A stretch of DNA of 64,000 nt from an uncultured virus (IMG/VR IMGVR_UViG_3300030107_003216). Its lineage: Duplodnaviria > Heunggongvirae > Uroviricota > Caudoviricetes. Below, piece by piece: positions 1 through 9,096 of this stretch. The position numbers were made by a program, and so were the translations under genes. How positions within the stretch are numbered: the stretch's first letter is position 1; each line of letters begins with the position of its first letter. A model generated the notes under the pieces. The model saw nothing but the letters and a program-made list of their open reading frames with translations, ran no database searches and was not told where the DNA came from. Location of the stretch: positions 1 through 64,000 of IMG/VR virus record IMGVR_UViG_3300030107_003216; one strand, 5' to 3'.

Positions 1-2
1 TT

Positions 3-2135
3 GATGCTTCTAAGGGTGCTTATCGAAAAATTATTTATGAACATTGGTCGGAAACGGCAAAAAAATATACTAATTTCAAGGAGAAGTTTGATGCTTTTGC
101 TCAGGAATTAGTAAAAAAAGAGAACAAGGTTCCTGATAAATTAGTTTTTGAATTTGAGAAGTTTTTCAAAAGATATAGAAATAAAAACTTAGAATATATT
201 GGTAAATTTGAACCTTATAATTCAGAACATGACGACCCTATTGAAAGATTTGTTAATCTAATTGATGCTTGGATGGCGGCAAATAACATCATGGAAAAGG
301 AAAAAGAAAACCAAGAAGAAAGAGGGCTTGGTGAAAGAGATTCTGATATGTCAGCAGAAGAATTGCGACAAATACAGGAACAGGAAAGAGATGAAGTTTC
401 TGGCAGTGAGGTTGGAGAACAACAAATAATGGCTGGTTCAAACAGAGCGTTAGGTGCTATTGCTCAAGCAGAAGCAGGTGAAATGGTTGAAGATGTAGTT
501 GATGATGCTTTAGATTCTAATGAGAAAAAGGTAGGGAAAAAATTAACTGAATACCTTGACCCTCTATTGGCATGGGAATTAAAAAGAAATAGTAAATTAG
601 TCGCTTTAACAACAAGACAACACAATGTACTTAGAGATTACATCTATGGGTTTTTAGATGAAGCGGCTGATAAAACAACAGAATTAATTATCCAGCCTAC
701 AACTAAACATAAGTTAAGTCAGTGGGCTGATGAAATTGATGATACCTTGAGATTAGAAAAAGAAGATGTGAAAAATGATATGTTTGCTTTGCCTATTTCT
801 GTTTTAGATAATAAAGAGTTTATGGAGATGTATAAGCGAGAGGTTAAGGGCGCAATCACTGATGAAAAATTAGATGATGATGTTGATGCAACCATTAAGG
901 AATTCTTTAACGACTTGTATGAGGTTCTTAGACTCCAAACTAAAAAGGTAAAACAGACTGCAAAAATAACCCAAGAAGATATTGATAGAGGCGAAGATAA
1001 ATCGGGTCGAATGTTGAGAGATGATGAAGGTAACATTACTGTTAAAGTCGGTGATGAATACTCTTGGGAAGAAGATGAAGTCCAAGAATCGTTTGCATTC
1101 CATGTTTCTAATAGAAGCACAAAAGGACAACCAAAAGGTGCGGCCCCTATTGATTGGGTTGAAGCAGTTAGAACAAATAAATTAGGATTAATTAGAGGGC
1201 AAGGCAGTCGAGCAAGCGATAGAGGATTTGCGGATATTAAAGAAGATTATAAGAAATTAACAAAATCTTTGCAAGAGTTTTTAGAAGCCTCTATGGACTA
1301 TTTCATTAGTCCTTTACAATCGGGCCTATTGGTTGTTAGCGCACCTGTATTTATGAATGGGGTTGGCAGTCGTGGAATAGACGCTTGGGCGAAAGAGATA
1401 GGTTTAGAGAATGTATTTGGTACAAGTTGGGAGAAGATGGCGAGAGGGTCAGCAAAAGAAATTAGTGCTGGTGGATTGGAGGATATTGCAGACTTCTTAT
1501 CTTATGACGAGGATAAACAAGTGGAGATTGATAACTCGTTATTTACTTCTGGAACGAAAGCATTGAACGCTTTGGTGCAAATATTTGGAAACGAAGCCAA
1601 AGAGGATATTGCAAATGAATTAGGTATGGCTATATTTGTTCTTATGAATGAGGTGGATGATTTTGCAAGATTTAAGAAAAGATTCCCAAGAAGAAGCAAT
1701 AAGACAATAGAGGATAGAGTAAAAGGCTACATGAATTCAGTAGGAAAAAGAAGATACCTTGTTGCGTTAGTTAATTATTTAGAAGTCAATCAAGGTGTCT
1801 TATCAGAAAACGATAAAAAGAAAATACACTATGATAAAATAATGAACTTCTTTGCACAGAAACAACAAGATATTCCTTTCCAAGTCAAGAAGTTGCTCAA
1901 GGCTCACGACATTATTAGAAAGCAGTTAGGCAAAAAAGTTGTTTATGGTTTCCTTAATTTAGAAAAGAATTTCGATTCTTTCCTTGATAAAATGTACCAT
2001 GAAGAGAGAGTTGATTTAAGTCACTTAGAAGTGGAAAATATTGTTAAGTCAGACGATTCACATTCTAACTTATCGAAAGAATATGGTATTAGCACCGAGC
2101 AAGTGTATTTGATTAAGGCTAACTTTAGAGCGTGA
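3..2135 (+). CDS. Large acidic protein, 5'-truncated by the window edge; probable virion/head-associated protein with C-terminal HTH-like segment
   Basis: The frame of the 273..2135 ORF is open back to position 3, so the real start lies upstream of the window. C-terminus SHSNLSKEYGISTEQVYLIK is HTH-like. Sits upstream of terminase. Confidence 0.55.
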   Translation, partial: DASKGAYRKIIYEHWSETAKKYTNFKEKFDAFAQELVKKENKVPDKLVFEFEKFFKRYRNKNLEYIGKFEPYNSEHDDPIERFVNLIDAWMAANNIMEKEKENQEERGLGERDSDMSAEELRQIQEQERDEVSGSEVGEQQIMAGSNRALGAIAQAEAGEMVEDVVDDALDSNEKKVGKKLTEYLDPLLAWELKRNSKLVALTTRQHNVLRDYIYGFLDEAADKTTELIIQPTTKHKLSQWADEIDDTLRLEKEDVKNDMFALPISVLDNKEFMEMYKREVKGAITDEKLDDDVDATIKEFFNDLYEVLRLQTKKVKQTAKITQEDIDRGEDKSGRMLRDDEGNITVKVGDEYSWEEDEVQESFAFHVSNRSTKGQPKGAAPIDWVEAVRTNKLGLIRGQGSRASDRGFADIKEDYKKLTKSLQEFLEASMDYFISPLQSGLLVVSAPVFMNGVGSRGIDAWAKEIGLENVFGTSWEKMARGSAKEISAGGLEDIADFLSYDEDKQVEIDNSLFTSGTKALNALVQIFGNEAKEDIANELGMAIFVLMNEVDDFARFKKRFPRRSNKTIEDRVKGYMNSVGKRRYLVALVNYLEVNQGVLSENDKKKIHYDKIMNFFAQKQQDIPFQVKKLLKAHDIIRKQLGKKVVYGFLNLEKNFDSFLDKMYHEERVDLSHLEVENIVKSDDSHSNLSKEYGISTEQVYLIKANFRA

Positions 2136-2139
2136 TATT

Positions 2140-2412
2140 ATGAGTTGGCGAGATATAGTAAAAGCCGAGAGAATAGACTTGGCCAATCCAATTCAATATC
2201 CGAGAAAAGATGTTGCTAAATTACTAAGGACAAACTTTTCTAAAACCGGATTTCATGCCGCAGTTAATAGAATTGTACCAGAATTAGAGGCACAGTTTCC
2301 ATATATAGACAAAAGAAGGGCCAAGCAATATCGAAAACTTGCGGCAGATATAAGAAAAATATCTTCAACCATTAAAAAATTAGTTACTGAATATGAGGGT
2401 CAAGAGGGATAA
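2140..2412 (+). CDS. Small hypothetical protein starting MSWRDIVK (W-motif cassette)
   Basis: ORF track; GTGAT upstream; shares N-terminal motif with neighbours. Confidence 0.75.
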   Translation: MSWRDIVKAERIDLANPIQYPRKDVAKLLRTNFSKTGFHAAVNRIVPELEAQFPYIDKRRAKQYRKLAADIRKISSTIKKLVTEYEGQEG

Positions 2413-2414
2413 AA

Positions 2415-2591
2415 ATGACTTGGCAAACTATACTAAAAGTAAAAACTCAGAAGTTAGATTCTGAAAAAGAGCAGTTTGAAAAAGTCAGTGAAGTAAAGTG
2501 TCCTAAATGTGAAGGAAAAGGATGCTCTCATTGTGATGGTAAAGGTTATCATAAACAAAAGAAAAGTCGAGGGAGAGGATTTACTGCATGA
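2415..2591 (+). CDS. 58-aa protein starting MTWQTILK with DnaJ-type zinc finger (CPKCEGKG-CSHCDGKG)
   Basis: Hand-translated; below ORF-track cutoff; its TGA overlaps the next ATG (ATGA). Confidence 0.75.
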   Translation: MTWQTILKVKTQKLDSEKEQFEKVSEVKCPKCEGKGCSHCDGKGYHKQKKSRGRGFTA

Positions 2592-2851
2592 GTTGGGAAA
2601 ATATAATTAAAAGAGGCCGAAGTTATGGCCGTAAAAAAAGAGCCGCCGAACATAACGCACCTACTCTTAAACAAATAGAAGAATTAGAGAAAGAGGTTGA
2701 AAAGCATTCTATTGAATTATCAACTTTAGGAACAAGTCAGCAAATTGAAAGATATGGTTTTGAAACACAGATGAACAAGGTTCGCAAAAAAGAAAAAGTC
2801 ATTCGTTCATTAGAAAGCAAAATAAAAGAACTAAAGGATAAACTGAAGTGA
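2588..2851 (+). CDS. Small coiled-coil protein starting MSWENIIK (W-motif cassette)
   Basis: ORF track; translationally coupled to previous ORF. Confidence 0.75.
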   Translation: MSWENIIKRGRSYGRKKRAAEHNAPTLKQIEELEKEVEKHSIELSTLGTSQQIERYGFETQMNKVRKKEKVIRSLESKIKELKDKLK

Positions 2852-2855
2852 TAAT

Positions 2856-4277
2856 GTGGAATTAGAAGCCTTAAATTTTGAACACCAAATGGATATGGAG
2901 TTATCTAAAAACTCTTTTCCATATTTTTTTCAAAATGTATTAGGGTTTGATTTTCCTTCTTATATTAGTGAATGGCATGACTTAATGAATAGCACACAAA
3001 GAACAGTTATTATTTGCAGTAGGGACCACGGTAAATCAGTATTTATGCACAGTTGGGTTGTTTGGAAATTAATTTTTGAAGAACCCCCATATCAAATGCT
3101 ATACATTTCATCTAACCAAAAACAGACATTGGTTCACATGAGAGATATTGATAAGATGTTTCAGCACCCCATGTTAAAAAAATACAAACCTGCAAGGGGT
3201 TGGGCTATTGGAAACATTACTCTAACCAATGGGAATCAGATTCTTGAGAGGTCAGTTGGTTCTCAGATTCGTGGATTGCACCCTCAAGAAATTATTATTG
3301 ACGACCCTTTGAAAGAGTTTAGTATGACAGGTATTCAAAAGGTAACTGATTGGTTTTATGGTGACATGATACCAACGCTTCACCATACGGCTTCTCTAAG
3401 AGTAATAGGTACTCCTTTCAGTTATACAGATATTTATGCTCAGTTGTCAGAAAATGCCGCATATACTGTTCGTACATATCCCTGCTTAAATTCCTTAAAT
3501 GAACCGCTATGGCCAGCCCGTTGGAATTACGATGCACTGATGGCTCGTAAGGCTGAAGTTGGTTCTCTCATGTTCACAAGAGAATATATGTGTGTACCAA
3601 TTTCAACAGGTACTTCTCTATTCAATCCAGAATATCTTGATAATGCTAAGAATAAAGATTTGGTATTAAAGCCAATGAAGCGTGAAGGCTACAAGTATTT
3701 CGTTGGAGTTGACCCTGCTATTTCAACCGATGGCGACTACAATGTAATTACTGTTTTAGAAATGGATGAGAATGAAAACAAATCCATTGTATATATTGAC
3801 CGAGCAAAGAATGTCGAGTTTAGAGAGAATATTCAGAAGGTCAAACTCATAGGTCAAATGTTTAGACCGGAGGCTATTCTTTTTGAAACCAACACTTTTG
3901 CAAAGTCTTTTACTCAAGAGTTGAGGCAGGTAGCAGATTTGAATGTGCATGACTTTAACACGACTCGAAGAAAGAAACAGGAAATCATTTTGAATCTTCA
4001 AATGACTCTTGAAAACTCAAAGATGAATTTCCCTTATGGTAATGAGGAAAGCAGAAGAGTAACTTCAACATTGATTGAAGAATTGTCTATGTTTGCTATT
4101 ACCGACAAGGGCAAGTTTGAAGGGATTGGCGCATATGACGACATGGTAATGAGCCTTGCATTGGCTAATGCCGCAACATACCAAGCCACAGATAACTTCA
4201 TACTACTCGATGATTTAGGTTTGTTTGATGATAAGATTTCTAACCGTTCTGGCAATACATTGGGGCTAAACTTTTGA
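2856..4277 (+). CDS. terL: Terminase large subunit
   Basis: Walker A-like SRDHGKS, Walker B IIIDD, VIGTP coupling motif, RNase H-like nuclease GVDPA...D and C-terminal YDDMVMSLALA. Confidence 0.93.
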   Translation: MELEALNFEHQMDMELSKNSFPYFFQNVLGFDFPSYISEWHDLMNSTQRTVIICSRDHGKSVFMHSWVVWKLIFEEPPYQMLYISSNQKQTLVHMRDIDKMFQHPMLKKYKPARGWAIGNITLTNGNQILERSVGSQIRGLHPQEIIIDDPLKEFSMTGIQKVTDWFYGDMIPTLHHTASLRVIGTPFSYTDIYAQLSENAAYTVRTYPCLNSLNEPLWPARWNYDALMARKAEVGSLMFTREYMCVPISTGTSLFNPEYLDNAKNKDLVLKPMKREGYKYFVGVDPAISTDGDYNVITVLEMDENENKSIVYIDRAKNVEFRENIQKVKLIGQMFRPEAILFETNTFAKSFTQELRQVADLNVHDFNTTRRKKQEIILNLQMTLENSKMNFPYGNEESRRVTSTLIEELSMFAITDKGKFEGIGAYDDMVMSLALANAATYQATDNFILLDDLGLFDDKISNRSGNTLGLNF

Positions 4278-4286
4278 GGTGATTAT

Positions 4287-6116
4287 ATGACAATAGAGCC
4301 AGAAAAGTTGAGAGAATATGCAGATAAAATTGAAGAAATTGATGCTGAAGAAGAAGAACTCAAAAATGAAATGCAAGATTTATTTACTGCTTCATTTGAT
4401 ACCTATGTTATGTCACAACATGAAGAAATTTCTAAATTATCAGAAACCCATGGAATTAATGCAACCGAGGCAAGAAAACAATTAGTTAATTTTCCTAATG
4501 AATACATTGTTCAAGACCAAACCGTTCCCGACCTAATTAAAAAAATGAGAAAGGCTCGAAGAAAATTAAAGGGAGAGCAAAGAATAAAAATGGCAAAGGC
4601 CATTGATACTATGATTGATGCTTATTCAGACCATTTACAAAAGTGTATAGATTCTATTACTTGGCTTAATCCATATCGAGTGCCTCTAAATAAAATGAGA
4701 TTTAATGAAAAGGATTTACATAAGTTAAACAAAATGACTGATGTTGAAACTCGAAGAGAAGTAGTTGATGCCTTGTGTAAATATTGGGAGGCTGAATTAG
4801 AACAGAACGGGATGGTTTATGGGAAAGAATATAGTGACTTATTCAAAGCCATGAGAGCCAGCAAAAAAGAATTCAGAACTGTTATTTCTAAAATCTCTAA
4901 TCAGTCTTTAACTAAATCTAAAAAAGATAGACAGAATGACTTCATTCTAAAAATGGTGTGTGAAAATCCGGGCATAAATGCTAAAGGAATACATGAAAGA
5001 ATGCCTTCTGATTTGTTCAAAATTACTAACAGTAATTCCATATCTAAAAACATAAACAAGTTAGATATTGCTTGTTACAATGGTAGTTATTACAAGATGC
5101 CAAGCATGTTAAAGAAGAATGTGTGGGCTTATACTGCGGCATTTATTGACTCTGATGGATATATTACTCTTGACCGTAATATGAATCCAAGAGTCGGATT
5201 AGTGGCAACAGGAGAAAGGGGTAAGACTTTCATGTATGAAATGCACAAGTCCATTGGTTTTGGCCGATTACATTTAGACCAAAAATCTCCACAGGACACA
5301 AGGCCGGTAAATCGTTTGAATTTCTATTCACAGGCCGATGTTTCTAAATTATTAACCAAGTGTTTGCCACATTTCCGAATGAAGAAGGGTAATGCTGAAT
5401 TGTTGTTAGAGTTAATTCGTATGAAAAAATCATACAAGAAGGCAGATTGGTACAAACAAAGATGTGATGAGATTTTCAAATTGATGAAATGGGAGAACCA
5501 TAAAGACCATGTTGGATTTGATTTCTCAAAGGAAAACATTAACTTAGATGATATTTCAAAATTACAAGGCAATTGTAAAATGTCGGTTATGGATGAGTTA
5601 GAAAATATTGGTGGTGCAATAGTGAAGCAACAAGAAAGGACTTTTGTAATTACTGAAGTTGATTATGAAACTGATGAATACGACCAAGATGAATTAGACC
5701 TGCCTCAACAAATGGCTGTAACTGCAAAAGAACTACTTATTGAAGAAGATGATGATACTGATTCCATACAAGATGAGTTAGTTAATTGGATTAGTGAAAC
5801 AACCGGCTGGTTAGTTAATGCGTATAGTTATTATGAAGTCAGAGCCGATGGGACAAAAATAGACATGGATGGAAACATACTAAAATCATCAAAAAGAGAA
5901 GTTAAACAAATCCAAAAGTTTGTTGAATCTCGATTACCCGTTAAAATCATCGGTGCAGAAATGGGTAGTAAGCATGTTAAATTAACAGTGCGTAATAATA
6001 AAACAGATACTACAAGGCTGGTCTTTGTGTCTGCTACCCCGAAAAAAACGGGGAGATATAATTTAGTTGTGCGTGACATTAGAAGAACATTTAGAGAAGT
6101 GGGTGAAGATTTATGA
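4287..6116 (+). CDS. Multidomain protein: helical N-terminus, wHTH, single LAGLIDADG domain, plus two appended C-terminal modules (the last HicA-like)
   Basis: WAYTAAFIDSDGYI LAGLIDADG motif; FILKMVCENPGINAKGI wHTH-like; C-terminal GSKHVKL...VFVSATP...VVRDIRR. Confidence 0.75.
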   Translation: MTIEPEKLREYADKIEEIDAEEEELKNEMQDLFTASFDTYVMSQHEEISKLSETHGINATEARKQLVNFPNEYIVQDQTVPDLIKKMRKARRKLKGEQRIKMAKAIDTMIDAYSDHLQKCIDSITWLNPYRVPLNKMRFNEKDLHKLNKMTDVETRREVVDALCKYWEAELEQNGMVYGKEYSDLFKAMRASKKEFRTVISKISNQSLTKSKKDRQNDFILKMVCENPGINAKGIHERMPSDLFKITNSNSISKNINKLDIACYNGSYYKMPSMLKKNVWAYTAAFIDSDGYITLDRNMNPRVGLVATGERGKTFMYEMHKSIGFGRLHLDQKSPQDTRPVNRLNFYSQADVSKLLTKCLPHFRMKKGNAELLLELIRMKKSYKKADWYKQRCDEIFKLMKWENHKDHVGFDFSKENINLDDISKLQGNCKMSVMDELENIGGAIVKQQERTFVITEVDYETDEYDQDELDLPQQMAVTAKELLIEEDDDTDSIQDELVNWISETTGWLVNAYSYYEVRADGTKIDMDGNILKSSKREVKQIQKFVESRLPVKIIGAEMGSKHVKLTVRNNKTDTTRLVFVSATPKKTGRYNLVVRDIRRTFREVGEDL

Positions 6117-6119
6117 AGT
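6103..6119 (+). repeat. 17-bp direct repeat copy 1 (GTGAAGATTTATGAAGT)
   Basis: Identical to 6409-6425; covers the RBS/start of ORF 6113. Confidence 0.9.
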
Positions 6120-6412
6120 GGTTTAATATTTTGAAAAGCGGGAAAAAACCGTTTCCATTTAGTGTAATTAAAAATTATATTTTAGACCAATTGTATGATA
6201 TGGAATCGGGTGATGTAAAATATATGAATCAGTTGATTGAAGAATATCCTAAATATCATACAGAGAGAAAACATAGCACATTTACTAATTGGTGGAAACA
6301 TAGAGGGCCGTCTTTTTATAGAAATTACATGCCAAGAATAGCGAGAAATGCAGGTGATTTTATGGTAACTTCTGATGTTTCTTCGGGTCAAGTTAAGGTC
6401 GAGAGGAAGTGA
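6113..6412 (+). CDS. Small hypothetical protein starting MKWFNILK (W-motif cassette; possible winged helix)
   Basis: ORF track; ATGA overlap with upstream gene; flanked by the 17-bp direct repeat. Confidence 0.75.
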   Translation: MKWFNILKSGKKPFPFSVIKNYILDQLYDMESGDVKYMNQLIEEYPKYHTERKHSTFTNWWKHRGPSFYRNYMPRIARNAGDFMVTSDVSSGQVKVERK

Positions 6413-6425
6413 AGATTTATGAAGT
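6409..6425 (+). repeat. 17-bp direct repeat copy 2 (GTGAAGATTTATGAAGT)
   Basis: Identical to 6103-6119; covers the RBS/start of ORF 6419. Confidence 0.9.
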
Positions 6426-6568
6426 TCCAATACTGCGGTCTATGTTATACTACACCCGACTTGCGACCACATGGTTTTTGTGAAAAGTGTTGGGTAGCAC
6501 ATGGTAGCCCTAAGTCTATGAAAGGGTTGATAACTGAAAAGGATTTAGAAAAATCACAGGAGGTTTAA
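6419..6568 (+). CDS. 49-aa zinc-finger protein (CGLC...CEKC)
   Basis: Hand-translated MKFQYCGLCYTTPDLRPHGFCEKCWVAHG...; fills the gap before the portal gene. Confidence 0.65.
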   Translation: MKFQYCGLCYTTPDLRPHGFCEKCWVAHGSPKSMKGLITEKDLEKSQEV

Positions 6569-6572
6569 TGAT

Positions 6573-8207
6573 ATGGCTAAAAGAAGATTTTCCGTAACTA
6601 ATTTATTTAGGAGGCAAACTCCTAAACCTGCTGATAGAAAAATCTTCAACATGGGTATTCAAGAGAGGCAGAATCAAAATATGATGACTGCCCCTCTAAT
6701 CTATCATCTAATTAATCAATCAGTTATTGCAAGGACTTGTATTACTCAATTGAAACAGGAGATATTTAGAAGAGGTTATCTTTGGGAAAAGGCATACGAA
6801 GCAAAGTGCAATAATTGTGGTAAAATACATCAAAGACCCGTAGCAGAATGTTCTCGATGTGGTAGTACAGATTTGAAAACTCCTGATGTTAAGCAATTAG
6901 AATATGCTGAAAAGTTTATTGAAGGGTATGTCAATAAATCAGAACAATTGTTCATTGATGTTCTTAGAGAATTAGAAGATGATTTGAATATTATGGATGA
7001 TGCGTATATTGTCTTAGTAAAAGAATACTTCATAGATGGTAACGGTAAAATTAGAATGCACAGAATCAAAGAAGTGTATAGAGGCGACCCTGTTACTATG
7101 TATATTTACACTGATGAGTTAGGTGAAAGAGGTACTACGGGATTCACTTGTGTAAATCATAGAAACATGCTTTCAACAGAACCGCATGAAAGATGTGAAA
7201 CTTGCGGTGCTAATCTATTCCCTGTTCATTATGTCAATAGAGTAAATGGTGACGACCAATACTTCTTGAAGGGAGAAGTATTGCATTTCAGTAAATATAG
7301 TCCTTCTCGACTGTATGGTATGTCACCTGTTATTACTCTTTACAATAATATAATGACTCTAATTGCTATGGAAAACTATGTTAATTCTTCCTATACTAAG
7401 AGCCGAATGCCTAAAGGTTTGTTGGCAGTACAGACAAGAAATATGGATTCAATGAAATCTTTTTGGAGAGCAGTCAAAGAAAAGATGGAACAAGACCCTC
7501 ACTTTATTCCTGTAATGGGTATTGAGGCAGAAAATGGAAAGGGTGCAGTCGAATGGATTAAATTCATGGATAGCCTCAAGGAAATGGATTATGTTTCAGT
7601 CAAGGATGATTTGAGAGATAGAATATCAGCATTCTATGGTGTTAGTAAAGTATTCATGGCCGATAACACTACAAGTGGAGGTTTGAATAACGAAGGTATG
7701 CAGATTCTTGTAACTAATCGAGCAGTACAGATGGCTCAAAATGTATATAATGAATATGTATTCCCATTCCTTGTAAAGCAATTTGGAATTACAGATTGGA
7801 AATTAAAACTCCCACCAAGCGAAGAAGAAGATGAAATTGCTGTTCTTCGTAAAAGAGAGATTGAAGTAAATATTGCTGCGGCCACTAAGAATTTAGGATT
7901 TGAAGTTGATATGGATGAGGATGGCCAATTTACATTTAAGAAGCCAGAACCAAAAGCACCCGAAGGCGGTGAATCACCAGATGAAGAGGGAAAGGTTGAA
8001 TTAGACCAATACGCTGGAACTAACATAGATGCTTCACAGATGGGCCAAATGCAAGAACAAATGATGCAAAGCAAGCCTCAAGAAAATCCACCGGCAACAA
8101 GAAATAAACCATCAATGAGCGAAGGGCCGGATAAAAGATTAGCAGGATTACCAAAGGATGCTGGAAATCAGAATGTTGATAGAAGAACAGAAAGAAGAGT
8201 TGGTTGA
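6573..8207 (+). CDS. Portal protein with zinc-ribbon insertions
   Basis: EVLHF...LYGMSPV, MPKGLL and RISAFYGVS are portal-like motifs; lies downstream of terminase; GGAGGT RBS. Confidence 0.88.
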   Translation: MAKRRFSVTNLFRRQTPKPADRKIFNMGIQERQNQNMMTAPLIYHLINQSVIARTCITQLKQEIFRRGYLWEKAYEAKCNNCGKIHQRPVAECSRCGSTDLKTPDVKQLEYAEKFIEGYVNKSEQLFIDVLRELEDDLNIMDDAYIVLVKEYFIDGNGKIRMHRIKEVYRGDPVTMYIYTDELGERGTTGFTCVNHRNMLSTEPHERCETCGANLFPVHYVNRVNGDDQYFLKGEVLHFSKYSPSRLYGMSPVITLYNNIMTLIAMENYVNSSYTKSRMPKGLLAVQTRNMDSMKSFWRAVKEKMEQDPHFIPVMGIEAENGKGAVEWIKFMDSLKEMDYVSVKDDLRDRISAFYGVSKVFMADNTTSGGLNNEGMQILVTNRAVQMAQNVYNEYVFPFLVKQFGITDWKLKLPPSEEEDEIAVLRKREIEVNIAAATKNLGFEVDMDEDGQFTFKKPEPKAPEGGESPDEEGKVELDQYAGTNIDASQMGQMQEQMMQSKPQENPPATRNKPSMSEGPDKRLAGLPKDAGNQNVDRRTERRVG

Positions 8208-8208
8208 T

Positions 8209-8850
8209 ATGACTTGGCAAAATATACTAAAGATGAAAAACCCTGTTTTTGGGTCGATGATGGAACCTTTGCAGTTTAATTCACAAATGAAATATAAATT
8301 GCAAAGAATGTGTAGGGCTGGTAAAGAACACCTTGTAAAAAAATTAGAGCCTTTTAATAAAACAGTTAAAGTACATAGTATGCAATTGGATGAGAAAAGA
8401 GATACCAACCTTTTGTCATTTTGCACTGCTCATGCTTATCTTAATGATTATGAAATGGATGCCATGTATGGTGATGTTCCTTTCCCTTCGGAATTTAAGG
8501 GCGTAGTTAAAAGAATTAAAGAAGTATTCAATGAATCAATTAGAATTTGCCAAGATGCTAAATCTGCTAAGACCGAAGCAGGGCGCAAGGAAGAATACAT
8601 TAAACTCATAAAAGATGTTGTGGAGGGAACTGATAGAAGGAGTAAATTAGACCTTCTTAATGAAAAATTTGCTTATGACGATTTTGAAAAGTATATTCCT
8701 TTAGAAGATAGAACTTGGAAAGGAGATTATAATTACGCTTGGAATTTCAAGTTTGATGAAGATGAAATAAAAGAATATCCTCCAAAAATGGGAGAAACAA
8801 CAAAGGAATACAATGAAAGATTAGTTGATGAAGGAGTATATTTATTTTAG
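8209..8850 (+). CDS. Hypothetical protein starting MTWQNILK (W-motif cassette)
   Basis: ATG at 8209 directly follows the portal stop and is preferred over the track start 8158; 22 of the first 23 nt match the start of ORF 2415. Confidence 0.75.
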   Translation: MTWQNILKMKNPVFGSMMEPLQFNSQMKYKLQRMCRAGKEHLVKKLEPFNKTVKVHSMQLDEKRDTNLLSFCTAHAYLNDYEMDAMYGDVPFPSEFKGVVKRIKEVFNESIRICQDAKSAKTEAGRKEEYIKLIKDVVEGTDRRSKLDLLNEKFAYDDFEKYIPLEDRTWKGDYNYAWNFKFDEDEIKEYPPKMGETTKEYNERLVDEGVYLF

Positions 8851-8862
8851 AAAGGTGATTAA

Positions 8863-9087
8863 ATGACAGAAGATTTAAGACAAAAAGAAATAAGATTGAA
8901 AAAAGAATTGGCACAAGTGAAAGCAATAAACGCTAACGCTGATACCAAATTAAGAAAGACAAAGGACTTCAGCGTTGGAGTACCGCAAGATACTACACAT
9001 AAGGCTAAACCTGTTTCAGCAGATGTTCCCGATGTAGTTACTCTGCCACCAAAGCACAGAAACAAAAAAGAAAATATTCCATTCTGA
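8863..9087 (+). CDS. Small basic hypothetical protein
   Basis: ORF track; AGGTGAT RBS. Confidence 0.7.
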   Translation: MTEDLRQKEIRLKKELAQVKAINANADTKLRKTKDFSVGVPQDTTHKAKPVSADVPDVVTLPPKHRNKKENIPF

Positions 9088-9096
9088 GGTGACTAA

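Noticed and set aside
4287..6116. Mobile intron or intein-encoded homing endonuclease interrupting terminase or portal
   Set aside because: Terminase and portal are both intact, and the LAGLIDADG domain is in a free-standing gene with its own RBS.
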